From: Pelomyxa schiedti
Lineage: Eukaryota > Protista > Evosea
Assembly (NCBI GenBank): GCA_020536535.1
Contig: JAHLWZ010000192.1
Span: forward strand, 1-63,413
DNA: 63,413 bases
Direction of reading: 5' to 3'
In this document: one piece after another, positions 30,563-45,978 of the stretch
Numbering within the stretch: the first letter of the stretch is position 1
How the letters are laid out: each line of letters begins with the position of its first letter
The notes under the pieces: model-generated
Databases searched by the model: none
Seen by the model: the letters and a program-made list of their open reading frames with translations, nothing else
Told to the model about the DNA's origin: nothing
Position numbers and translations under genes: made by a program

Positions 30563-30977
30563 TTTTGTTTGTTTACTGAAGTTCTAAAATACGGAAGCAC
30601 CACTCCTGTTTATCCGCCCAATTTCCAAAACAAAATAAAAAAAAAAAAAAAAGGTTAAAATGCGGCGTCGCGCAGTCCATGTTGCGTGTCTACATGTAGA
30701 AGGAGAAAAAAAGGAACGAACTGGGAGGTAAGACGCACCCGTTGTTGTAAACTACGATCTTTCGGTGTTGTGTATCAGGTCGGCGTTACCCTTCCTTTTT
30801 TTAATTCCAATTCTGTATTCCGGTAAAACTCGATTTGAAGCTCTGGCCTGAGTTGATGTTTCCATCCTTTTTTTTTTTCTTGATAAAGCAACGGTGAACC
30901 GACGCCCGCAGTTTGCATTTAAAAAAAAAATAAAGGGTAGTATGTTATGGTTTTAACTAGCAATCTACAACTATGTG

Positions 30978-32965
30978 TCATGACAGTTTCTTTCGGCACA
31001 TTGCGCAAGTGCAAGCCTGTGTGCACAAGGGGCAACCAGTATTCGGGATCACGAGTGTATTGTGGTGCCGCTCCAGGCAAACAACGCAAAACTAGGGGAT
31101 GATCAGATAGAGTTACAAACAGAAGATAGTGATGTTATAGACTGGGCAAATATGTACCTTGTGCTTTTCGTTAATCGGGCAGACAAGGCACTATTGGTTT
31201 TGTTAGATTTAATCACGGGTGATGAGTGGAGAGGTACCTGAGGTTTACGCGTTTTGCATCTGTGGCAACTCGTATTTGGTGCTGTCTTGCGAGTTGTGTC
31301 TGCAATGTCCATCATACTATACTCAAATACAGTCAACCGCCGAGGCTTCTTTGGCGACGGGTAGTTTGGTTCCAGAGAGCTATTGTCACTGTCAGAATCC
31401 CTGTGAGTTTCAGGGGTGTCTGAATGCGATTCCTTTCCTCTTTTTCTTGATTCCTCCGCCTCTTTCATTCCGGTGTTATGTTCACCTTCACTAATATCAG
31501 AAGCGTGTCTAACACTTTCTGTATCTCTGTGCTGATGATGCCGGTGCTTGTGCTCCCCTCTGTGTTGCATTTGGTTGCATTCACCAACGCGAGGGAAGCA
31601 GCTGAGTAAGGAAATTTCTGTTTGTGGAGGCAGTGTATGTGCTTGAATTGGATTGGTAGTTTGAATGTGTGTGGGTGTGACGGCCGAGTGCATATTGAGT
31701 GATTGTAACGAAGGCGTTTCGGAATGATTTGGTTGAAGAGTAAGCTCTTCCAGTGATGGTGAATAGAGGTCAAAGTGGGGAGGATTTGGTGGACAAAATC
31801 CCATATGGTGAAGCGACTGTGGAGGAGAGTGGATGACAGGGTGTGTAACTAAAGGTGAACTAGACGGTGGCACTGGGCTTTTGGAGAACTCATTTTCTGA
31901 GACAAGTTCAAGAAATGAGTCGCCACTATTTAAACAGTCAAAACACGCAAGAATGGAAGAGGAGTCGTACTCTATATAGTTGAGCAACGGACTATCCAAG
32001 AATTCGGCCGAACCAGAATCACTAGCATCTATGACGAATCCAGGGATGGATATTTGAGGGGCAAAGGACACAATATCAGGTTGGGAATGTGCCAGTTTCA
32101 GTCGCAAGAGAGCTTGTATTTTCGAAATGAATTCTCTAACGGTGGTAAGAGAACTCACTGGCACATCACATTGCAATCCCTCAAAGGTTTCACTACATTT
32201 GAAGTGCACAGTTGTTTGACCTGGTGTGCTGGGTGTGTTGATGACCATGTGTCTACGAGCAGTGGGGGGAGGGGGGTGTGTATTTTCCCGAGGTGAAGAA
32301 TTAGGGGAAGGGGTAGGTGTCACTGAAGGGGACTGAGACGGCGATGCGACAACCTTACGAGGATCAATAAGGCCGTTAGAATATATAGCAGGCATTTGTG
32401 GGAAACGTGGGGAGTTTCTTCTCAAAGCACCCATATCAGTGGTTTTACGGGATTCCTCCCCAAAATGTAAGAGTGGGACTTGGCTTGTATAAGGAACCTT
32501 CTCATCCAGTCCCTTGAAGATTGGGAGTTTATTCAGTGTGTGGCACATGGATTCTTGCATAGGGTCACCACAACATTGATACGGTAACAAGCCTTGCTTC
32601 ATCGAGGAAGACAATGCCACTGCTACGTCAACAACGGTAGTAGTACTTTGACCACTTGTGTCATATCGTGAGAGAGGTGCAATTTGACAAAGAAATCGAT
32701 TCGAACTTGCTGACGAGCAGGCACGCCGCCAAGTTTTAGATCTCGGGGACGAAATTGGAGGGGAAACTCTAGGCGACGGAGAAGACGCCGGAGAAACGAG
32801 TGGAGATGTCGTTGGGCTCGGTGTGTGCTGCATTTGGTGTTGTCGAGCAGCGGAGTATAGTGAGTTCCTCCCAACAACAACCCCGAAGTTACGCTCGTCC
32901 TGGATCTCCGCATACAAATGAGAAGGAGATCTAGCCCTTCCCGCCGCCACCTCTGCGCCGTCCAT
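30978..32965 (-). CDS. Large low-complexity protein with a C-terminal zf-4CXXC_R1-like (CDCA7/JMJD-type) zinc finger
   Basis: Spliced C-terminus SCHRCKTRKPQCLVCPINEKHKFCVVCLERHHNTLVIPNTGCPLCTQACTCAMCRKKLS*; NLS-like PKKPRR. Confidence 0.75.
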
Positions 32966-33554
32966 TTGCTTGCCTTACTTTTTGTTGTTTTTTTCAAATT
33001 TGTTTGAGAGGAGTTTTGACAACGACATGTCCAGAAAATGGAGCAACAGAATTGCCCGAGAGGGTGTTTTCCAAGCAGGGGAAAAAGTTCCAGTTGGCCC
33101 ACATCAACGACTTGGCTTCTCTAAATGAGATGATCCAAATCGATTTCCTCTAACCAAGGAATGATCTACAATCCGGAGTATCGGAAATCCAACTAAGAGG
33201 CAGTTCCTTGGTCCTTATATGGTAAAATGCTAGGGTCAAGTGATGTCGACTGCTTTATGGGAGAATTGGCCACGTGGAAGTTCCTGTAAACGCCGGAGAT
33301 CACAACAACGAAGACGAACGGACCTTCTCATTTCATCTACTAGGCAAGGGAATTCTCCCAGTGAAAAAACGACACTCACAGTCTCCAGTCAACAACCTCG
33401 GATAAGAGCTTCTGTGACCGTTGGTCTGAGAAAGGGGGTGCAACCCAGCTCTTGTGGTGCCCCCGAGAATACTCCCTCAATGGGGAATGCATGGCCAATC
33501 TGTTGACAGTTTAATTGGTTTTCGGAAACACAAACAACAAACAAATCCGAGGTG

Positions 33555-35624
<2,070 letters not shown>

Positions 35625-35703
35625 TCCAGTGCTGGTCACTATCAACATTAAAACGTTGGAAGAACAAGAATAAAGTATTGGTTGGAGCTCACTCAACTTT
35701 TTT

Positions 35704-36599
35704 TTATTTCTTTTCTGTTGTGTGTATACAACGAGGAGGGAGGTTAAAAATGGAGGTGTCTGTCTCCTTGTGGTAGTTTACAAAGGACATTTGGGATGTG
35801 CCTTGCTCGTATGGGGGGTTGTTTGTTGACAAAATGGATACGGGAATACAATCGAGTGTGGTTATGTACTCTGAAGATAGAGTATTGCTTGTGGGATATA
35901 TATGTAGCATAAGTTTTAGGTTTAGGTAGATTTTTATCTGGGGATACGTTTGATTTGTCCATATCCCACACGGAGCGGAGCCGATGGTGACCTGACCGAT
36001 GTACGTTGCCTGGGGTGGAACCAATGAACTCCAGGGAAGTGCAGTATCCCTTTTTCGCTACTTCAGCGAACCAAGTCAGTTATTGAAAACTACATGCAGT
36101 AGCATATGGAATTCTCGAATTGTGTGCAGAGGGTTGCAGAGTAATCATCCTTCCAAAAGCTCCAAATGGTGGCGCTTTGATTCATTGCTGGCTTTTTTTT
36201 TTAACAAAAATGTGTCTTAGAGTATAAACTGAATGTGGGGTACAGAATCTACATCATATAGCTGTTGCGTCATGTCATATCTCTGAGACATGTTTGTGGA
36301 GTCCACATAAATTATGCCGGTCTCCAGGCCTGTTGTATAGGAACAAGATTCCCCATTCGAGTCACACGACAACAGATAATTTGCATACACCAACCTGTAC
36401 TCGGCCTAACCACCCCGCATCCCATCCCATAACCCATATTTGTCAGTTTCACCCACAGCCACCAACCAAACAAACAACCTCCCCATAATTCGCACACAGA
36501 ATAGAATGGGTCCAAAGAGGCAGTGCATTCCGGAGCGCCCCAACTGCTGCCCACACAACTCGCAACAAAGATCAACAACACACCGCAGCGAGGAAGCAT
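35704..36599 (-). CDS. Ependymin-related secreted/lysosomal protein (EPDR)
   Basis: Signal peptide MLPRCGVLLIFVASCVGSSWG; PPQATYIGQVTIGSAPCGIW, YITTLDCIPV, FVNYHKETDTSIFNLPPRC match the ependymin C-terminal pattern. Confidence 0.7.
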
Positions 36600-36710
36600 T
36601 ACACTCCTCTAGACTCGTTAATCAAAACTTGCGAAAATTTTGTTGTGCAACACAAGGAGTTGTTTACAAAAAAAAAGAAAAAAGTTGTGGAAGTGGGAAG
36701 AATGACTCAC

Positions 36711-39398
36711 TCAGGGGATTAGCAGTCTGTTCTGGATTGGAGCACGGCAATGTGGGCACCTCTTCACAATCCCCCCACACTGTGTGTACTGTTTTGTGAG
36801 TTTTTTTTTTGTGATAGCAACAGCAAGAAGAGTGGGAAGAAAGAGAAAAAGAAGAAATACCTCAGAACAGCAGACACAGTGGCCACAAGGGTGAAACTGG
36901 GTGTCTGGTGGCCTCTCCTCACACACCAAGCACAAGACGGTCCCCCCTCCCGTTCCTGCAGTGCTGCCCCTGATGCTTGTCCCTGCTTGTTGTGTCTCCT
37001 GGGCTTGTTGGTTGTCGTGACCAACTGAATGGCGTTGTTGTGCAGTAACAACAGAGGAGGCAGTGCACCCTGGCTGTGTCAATGTCGCTGTTGCAGTTAT
37101 GCCATGTGTGGTTGATGATGTGCACTTGGCAACCATGATATCCATTACCGCCTGCTGTGCATGAGGGAGCAACTCAGAGAGCTGAGACCACACGTCGGGG
37201 TGTGCCATGAGCTGCTCGTCACCCTCAAGCCCACGCATCACCATGTACTTGCGCTTGTGTGCCTCGTTGAGACCATGGCATGTTGAAAGGAGCTCCTCAA
37301 TTTCCTTGTGGAGCCTCTGACCCAGTGCTGCCTGTGTGTTGCACTCCTTGTGTAAAACCGTGTGCTGTTCAATGACCTTGAGGCAGTGGTCGAAGTTGTT
37401 TCCTCCTTGAGTCGGTAGTAACACTGTGTCAGTGATCTCTCGCAACAGCAAACTGAAAGGGCCAGATGTAGTGGAGGGTGGAGGTTCCAGAGATTTCAGA
37501 AGCAACCAAGGTTTTAGAGTCATCAACTTTTTTATGTCTGTGTGGAGAATTGTTAAGGAAAATACATTGCTGACATTTACCTTTGGGTGAACCTGATAGT
37601 CTTCCTTGTTGTTCTTCATTGTTGCCTGATGATGGCAATGGTGGTAATGGCTTGATTCCCAGAAGCTTCTTCATCAATGACGAGATGTTCCTGGAGCACT
37701 GCTGTATCTCTGACTCACTGCTCTCCACTGTAAGTGTTTCCCCAAGAACTTGCTTGCATCTCGCGTCAGAGTCCTCAACTGCCTTTGCTAATGCCTCCCG
37801 GAGAGTTGACAGGTCCATCAAGTGAACGTCAAGTGATTGGTTCCTTTCTGTGACACTTACAAGGAACTGCTTCAGTTCCGAAGCTGACGCCTCAAGTGAG
37901 ACCAACAGTGGTGCTGCTTTTTTCAACTGTGATCGAAAATTGGTGGCCACCTTGAATGCTGTAGACAGCTCAGACAGTGCCTCTGATGGCATTTGTTGTT
38001 TTTGTCCATTGTGAACTGCAAGCATTCCCTCACATTCCTCCTCTTCATTTTGTTTGGTTTGGAGTTCCTTTTTGTTGTTGTTGTGAGGTTAATGTTATGA
38101 CAAGGGCTAACAAACATGCCTTTATCTTGTTTTCTGCCTTTTTCAACAGGTTTTGAAGTTGTGCTCTCTCTGTGTCCCATTGCTTTCTTTCAATCTCCCT
38201 CTCTCGTGTATGTTCCTCCAGTTTCTGTGTTTCTCTCTGTTTGGAGGAAAAGCACCTTCATGAGTTGGCTGTGACCCAACTGTGGCAGTGACGATCCCAT
38301 CACATGCAAAGCACCACCATCAGCTCTGTGGAATGTGTTGCCTCTCAGACTTCCCTTCAATTGGTTGCTCTCACTCCAAGCCATCGAACTGTTTCCATCA
38401 TTGGAGGACAGTGATGAGAGTGCCAGGACACCCTCTCCAAGGTATCTCCTCATTCCACCACCTCGTGGTTGTTCAGCAACTTGTTCTTCTGTGAATGTGC
38501 CAGTGAACTTGTCCCCGTTTGGCCACTCCATTGTGCCCTTCACAGGGACACCCCTTGCCCACACACCAGTGAACGATGATCCATCCCTGGCCCACCTCTT
38601 CGTCCCAATCCCGTGCTCCTTGTCGTTCTCCCAGGACCCCTGGTACCTGTCACCATTCGACCACACCCCCACGCCCTCCCCATGGAACTTGTCGTTCTCC
38701 CTCGCGCCCACGTAGCTCCCTCCTGGGTCCCTGTAGCGACTCTGGTCGCCAATGAGCATCCTCCCTTTCCCGGTCATCGCGCCGTGGTCCCACTCACCAC
38801 ACCAGATTGTGCCCGTGTCTGGTGCCCTCCCCGTTCCGTTCCCGTGCCTCTTGTCGTTGCTCCACTCGCCCTCATACACCGTCACCACCATCGCCGCCGC
38901 GGCGCCGCCCTGCACGTCACCAGGACCACCGCCAGGCTGGGCCGTGGTGTCGGTGTATCTCCCGTCGTCGCCCTTGACCATCCTCCTCCTCCACACGCCC
39001 CACCCCTGCAGCTGGTACCCCTGGGTTGGTACGTCCCACACCCACTCGGCGTCCCACACATCGGCGCCACCTGGGTCGTGCCACCTCCCCCTGGCCCAGC
39101 CGTCGCCGCGCCACAGCCCCTCGAACCAGCCGCCGTCTGGCCGGCGCTTGGTGCCCCACCCGTCTGCGTGCCCGTCCTTCCACTCCCCGTCGTACGAGGC
39201 GCCGTCTGGCCACGTGCGCACCCCACGCCCGTTCCTCAGCCCCTCGGACCAGTCGCCTTCGTAGGTGTGTTCGCCGTCGTCCTCGTGCCACGTCAGCTTG
39301 CCCCTGCCGTCTCGCTTGTTGTCGACAAGACGCCCCGTGTACACACCGTCGGGTTGCTTCATGTTTTCAACAAATACGACACGCACCCAAGCGAACAT
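36711..39398 (-). CDS. MORN-repeat, coiled-coil and C-terminal RING (C3HC4_3) protein, putative E3 ligase
   Basis: Many YEGDWSEGLRNGRGV-type MORN repeats; CLVCEERPPDTQFHPCGHCVCCSE-CGGIVKRCPHCRAPI. Confidence 0.9.
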
Positions 39399-39727
39399 GG
39401 GGGGAAAGTACTAAGCGTGCAAGAAAAATCACTTGGTTTGTGTAGACACTTTTTCCAAGGAAAAGTGACGTTCTTTTTGAAAGAATAAAAAAAAAAAATA
39501 CTCCAAGTTGGGACAGCCCCTGTGCAGAAAGCAATGGTGAACTTGACAAAGCACTCGTGGAATATGAGAAAGCAAGGATTATGAATACAATGTGTGAATC
39601 TACCTCCAAACGGAACTCGCCGAGTCAGTTCAAGATCAAAACACCCGGAAAAAGGGAAAAAAAAAGAAAAGTCAGGTGCCGAGGGCGTGCCACCATCGTA
39701 CTTTTTATTTGTTGTGCAACTTAAAGA

Positions 39728-40468
39728 TGAAGGCGAACTTGGTTGAGATCTACAAGTTAGGCTACAATGCGTTGCAGTTGGTTGGTTGGCTGTCCGTACT
39801 GTTGTTGGCTTGTTCCGGGATATCATCCGCATCGTCAATTTTTGTCGACGGCGGAAGTGCGGTGACGTTCGCTAGCGGCGCGGTTTTGTTCTGGATACAG
39901 TGGACCGCCGTTTTGGAAGTTCTGAACGCTGTTTGGAAAATTGTACCTGCTCCGTTCTTCACCACGGCGTTGCAGGTTCTTTCGCGTGTTACCTTGGTCT
40001 CTGTGCTGCGATTAATTCCAGAAACCAGGTTTCTTCCTTGTTATTTGTTGTTTTTTCCCCTTAATATTTTTCACACCGGGGCTTTGCGCAAATGCTAACG
40101 ATACATTTGATGCTGTTAACAGGGCTTCCTTCGGCGTTGTTCTTCTTACCTTCGCATGGTCCATCACCGAAGTTCTCCGCTCTTCTTACTACATATCATC
40201 CCTTCTTGAAAATACCCCCGCCGCTCTCCTCTGGCTCCGCTACTCCCTGTTCGTTGTTCTGTACCCAACCGGCGTCACAGGTGAGCTCCTGGTGCTCTAC
40301 TCTGCATTCCACGCACTCAAGCACGGCGGCCACCTCTTTGGGATCGGCTGGGTCATTCCACTGGCCGGCATGGCCTTATACCCCCCTGGATTCTACAAGC
40401 TGTTCATGCACATGATATCCCAGCGCAGCAAAAAACTCAGCCTGCAACCCAAAACCCACGGTCATTGA
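39728..40468 (+). CDS. HACD: Very-long-chain 3-hydroxyacyl-CoA dehydratase (PTPLA/PHS1)
   Basis: YNALQLVGW, QWTAVLEV, TTALQVLSR, AWSITEVLRSSYY, WLRYSLFVVLYPTGVTGE (catalytic Tyr/Glu), HMISQRSKKL. Confidence 0.93.
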
Positions 40469-40624
40469 AAACCATACAATGCCAACACCACCTCTTTTCT
40501 TACTTCGTCGACTTTTTTTTTGTGTGGGGTGTTTCTTCGAATCCGCTAGATGAGAAAAAAACAACTTCGATCACCACGAACAAAACAACACAACAAAAAA
40601 ACAAAAAAAAAACCGAATTGTGAA

Positions 40625-41795
40625 ATGGACGACGACTACGATTACCTCTGTAAAAGTATGACGCCTTCTTGTTTTTGAGTTTTCGACTCTAATTGTGTTG
40701 CACAACTATTTTTTTTTCCCCTCTTTGCTCGTGTGCCTTCGGGTGGCTTGGGAAAAACCAAGTTGTTTTGATTGGAGACAGTGGCGTGGGAAAAAGTAAC
40801 CTTCTGGCAAGATTTGCTAGGTCAGTTGATAGACAGCAACGTTATTTTTTTACGAATTCAAAACGCAACACAGCATAAATTAATTACCGCAACAAAATTC
40901 AGCACCCTCACAAACACGAACATGCAGAAAGGTTAGACTTTATTTTTAGAGTATTCATTCCTCTTCCAGAAACGAGTTCCAACTTGAAACCAAAAGTACA
41001 ATTGGCGTTGAATTTGCTACCAAGAATGTTCCTTGTGAGGGCAAAGTTGTAAAGGCCCAGATTTGGGATACTGGTATGTTCTTACAGCATACACCAAATT
41101 TTGTTTTTAAGCTTATTATCACGTATACATACAGCCGGTCAAGAAAGATACCGTGTAATTACTGCAGCATACTATAGAGGCGCTGTTGGAGCTGTGTTGG
41201 GTATTTCTACATGTCTAATCTACAAGAACATTGAATTAATTTAGAAAGTCTACGACATAACAAAGGCGGACTCTTTCCGAAATATTGGTAGCTGGTTGAC
41301 TGAATTACGGTAGGAAACAAATTCTTTCATTTACTCGAAGCGTTAACGTGCTTGGTACAGTGAAAAGGCCGAGAAAAACATAGTTGTAATGCTTGTGGGA
41401 AATAAAGCCGATTTGCACCGTTCACGTGAAGTTCCAACTGAGGAAGCTAAGGCATTTGCCGAAAAGAATTCCCTATCTTTCATTGAGACCTCTGGTATGT
41501 ACCTCCACCTTTTCCCTCGTAGTAAATGATCGTTTTTTTTCACTAGCACTCGAGGCCACAAACGTGGAATTGGCCTTCCAAACTGTCATAGGAGGTTCGC
41601 CTATTCACCTTCACAAAGCTTCTTGTCATAACACGCTTATTTTTAGAAATTTTCCATGTGTTCTGTCAGCCAAATATTTGCCCAGATGGTACCATTCAAC
41701 CAGTAACCAGAACTGATGATGGGACAATCACACTCACTGACACAGACTCGACCACAACAACAACAACAACAACGTCCGAGGGTGGTTGTTGTTAA
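40625..41795 (+). CDS. RAB11: Rab11-family GTPase, copy A
   Basis: [74 protein letters not shown]-terminal GGCC. Confidence 0.95.
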
Positions 41796-41994
41796 TAAAA
41801 AGATAAAAAAGAAAACCAGTAACACACCAACAAACCAAATACCACGTTGGAAGATTGCGATAAATACGAAAAACGAACCGATCACGATTTCGTCTTCCCG
41901 GAAAAAACAACGCTTTGAAAAAAGGGAAAAACAACCAAGAAACACCAAATAAAATAAAAAAACCCCTGCAGGGTTTTTGGTTTGTTGAGCTAAA

Positions 41995-43141
<1,147 letters not shown>

Positions 43142-43228
43142 GTCTCTACAAGAGTTTTATCTGGGGCTATGTACTAGGTTAAAAAAAATTGAAGCACCAA
43201 CATTAAAAAGCATGTAGTAGTGTTACTA

Positions 43229-45476
43229 TTAGTTGTTTTTATGCAGTGAATGGTGTTCTAAAGGCATTGGGGGCGGTGGTGGTAGTGCTTGGTTGTAAAG
43301 GGGTTGTTGTTCATCATACTGGGCAAAGGTTTGGTACTCTGGTTGTTGGGGGCAGTAGTACTGTAGTAACTGTGGTGACTCCGCTGACATCTGTTCAAGG
43401 TTTTGCTGTTGCTGTTGTAGTAGTAGGGCTTGTGACTCTGGGTCAATCATGAGCATGGGAATGCCCGTTTGGTGTGAAATCACGGCGGTTGTGGGCCGTT
43501 TGGAGTAATACCCGTCACTTGGGGTGTAGTGCCTGGGGCGTTTCCGGACAGACTCGTTTGTATAGTCAGACAAACCAACGAGTTGCTGGGCTGCCACTTC
43601 TTCATTTTGTTGTGCCGGAACAACTAAGTCCCATGAGTTGAACAACGCTAAAGTAGAATGACAGCATACGTTGATATGGATTTGAACTGTAGTAGACTGG
43701 ACTGGGAATCATAGTCATAGGCATTCTCATGGGTGTATGTTGGGGTGCCAAGTTGTGACTGGGAGGCATAACTACGAGTTGTAAAGACAGCTAGAGAAAA
43801 GGGGGGAGGTCTACCCATGTGGCTTGGCTGGTGTGCCACATACATTTGCTGGTTCACTTGTTGTGTTCGATGGTGTGGAATCTTGGTTACTTGAGCTGGA
43901 GTTATTGACGGATGGATAGAAGGGACAAATGATGTCATGCACTGCCGACTACAGTAGAACTTCTTCTTAGCTCCCACTGTTTGCTCTTGAAATTTCTTTT
44001 GTGGTGTGGCGTACTCCTTGCAGCATTCACATTGAATTAAGGGAAACGCTGTGGAAACTTATAAGGTGCTTTTGGTAGGGTCTGTACATACTAACTTCGA
44101 TGGTTTCCCCTTTCCAATTTTCGTCAAGCTTAACCAAGTTAGCCTAGTACATGACTTAGGAGATGCAGACCAAAATCATGCTGCTTTGGGGTTGATAGTA
44201 ATACCAGGCGTCATTAATGAAATACACCTCAGGCCACAGGTTAATATCGTCCTCGGAGTCGTGCGTACTTCGCCTGGAGAGAATCTTTTGGTGTGATACT
44301 TGTCCTTTGAAAGAGGTTGTAGTGCGAATCTGCAGTGTTGGTTAGGGGTACGTTAATGAAACTAAAGATTTAACTTACGTATCGGAAACTACTTGGGGGT
44401 ACAGGTTGCATAGGTGGCGTTGAAATCCCCTGGTTCATGAGTGTTGAAGGATCTGGAATAGACACTTCTCTTGCAGGTCGTATCAACTTCAATCTTCTTA
44501 CATCTCTATACTCGTGCCATATAGCGCCAGTCCAAAAGAGAACCTATTTGTTGGGTAGTGCAAATCGACAGCAGCAACAAATAAAACCTTTTGGTGTCTT
44601 AGTCTAAGGGTGAACATCTCCTGGTCTTCATTGGGAGGGACTGAACAATAACCCATACCAGTTCCAGCATGAAGCCCTAGAGCTACATTGGGGGAGACTT
44701 GATGCATGAACTGCGGTCTTCCCAATGCTGCCCCCTGGTCGATCTGTGTGAAGGAGGGGATTGCTGAGTTCTCCACTGATCCTGACAAGGCCACCAGTGG
44801 GGTCGAAGACTGCTTTGAACTAACTTAGATAAGGCTGAAAGTGAAAGCATATTACAGTCGAGTTAGGGATAGGTTCTGCGCCAGAGTCTTGAGTAGTACC
44901 ACTTTCTTGTTGAGCTCCTGACTGTTCGGGTTGAGTTATTTGGACTTCCTGTAATGGTGGGAATTGGGGATATGACTGCTGAGTAGTTTGAGTATGTGCA
45001 TCCGATGCTGGAAGGAGTGGAGAGCAACTCCCAGTAACAGGCTGTGAGGATGGTGTCTGCATGATCACTTGTTGTGGGGTTTGGAGGAGGGTGTGAGATT
45101 CAAGCAGGCGTGGCTGAAATGATGGGATTTGTTCCTGGTCGCTCGATTCCGGCCTCTGTGCATCACAGCAGCCTGGTCCCACACTGAGATTGGAATCTGC
45201 CAGGGGTGGTATCTGCTGAATCACTGAATCTTTGTTGCCACATAGAGGAGCATCCTCCTTCCGCTGCGCCGCGCACTCCGACGAAGTTTGGCCACTGGCA
45301 GTTTCTTGGTCTTCTCGCTGCAGCGCAGGTGAAATCATCCTCATGGGCGGTAAAAGCGGAAGAGCTTCGCAACTGTCACCCAACTGCAATGTCGACGATT
45401 CCGCGTCCTTACTCCGATCGTACTCATTGTCTATACGTGATTCCGTAGATCGCGATGACGTCGCATCGGTAGACAT
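43229..45476 (-). CDS. Hypothetical protein with Q/P-rich termini and a Cys motif (CECC...YCSRQC)
   Basis: A chain of same-strand ORF fragments separated by GT-AG introns; FPLIQCECCKEY...KKKFYCSRQC resembles a TRASH/zf-FCS finger; basic RKRPR; Q-rich C-terminus. Confidence 0.6.
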
Positions 45477-45978
45477 ATCTCCAACTGAAAGTGGGGAAAA
45501 AGGAAAAAAAAATGACCCGTTCAGTAAAAGGGGATGGGAGAAAACGATGACCGCGACAACAACAGATCAGCACACCAACACAGACAACTGTCGCAATTCC
45601 GCAACCGAGACCAACCACATGGAGCAAGGGGGGAAGGAAATTATAATTTAATGTTGTTGCGAACGAACGAAAGAAACCTTGAAAGAAAAAAATTGCAGGT
45701 GCGCAGCTGCTCAGCGCTTTTGTTTTTTTGTCTTCAAATCAAAATATTTTGGACAAACACTGTCCACTAAGAACATGTCCCTGAGGCAAAGTAGAAATCG
45801 GATCTGCAGTTTCGAATGGCGTACTGTGTGCAGTAATGTGGAGTCCCATGTCAGGCCCCAATGAACAGTGGATCTTGTTTGAACTTCATGTGAGCTGCGA
45901 ACTGCGAAACTGCGAACCGCTCGAACACAGATTAAGGAAAAAAAGGTCCAGGCAAACCTAAAACAAAAACAAAAACAA

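Noticed and set aside
38613-39488. Long overlapping antisense ORFs (also at 49862-50401 and 58043-59740)
   Set aside because: They are stop-poor shadows of GC-rich coding exons on the opposite strand or frame.
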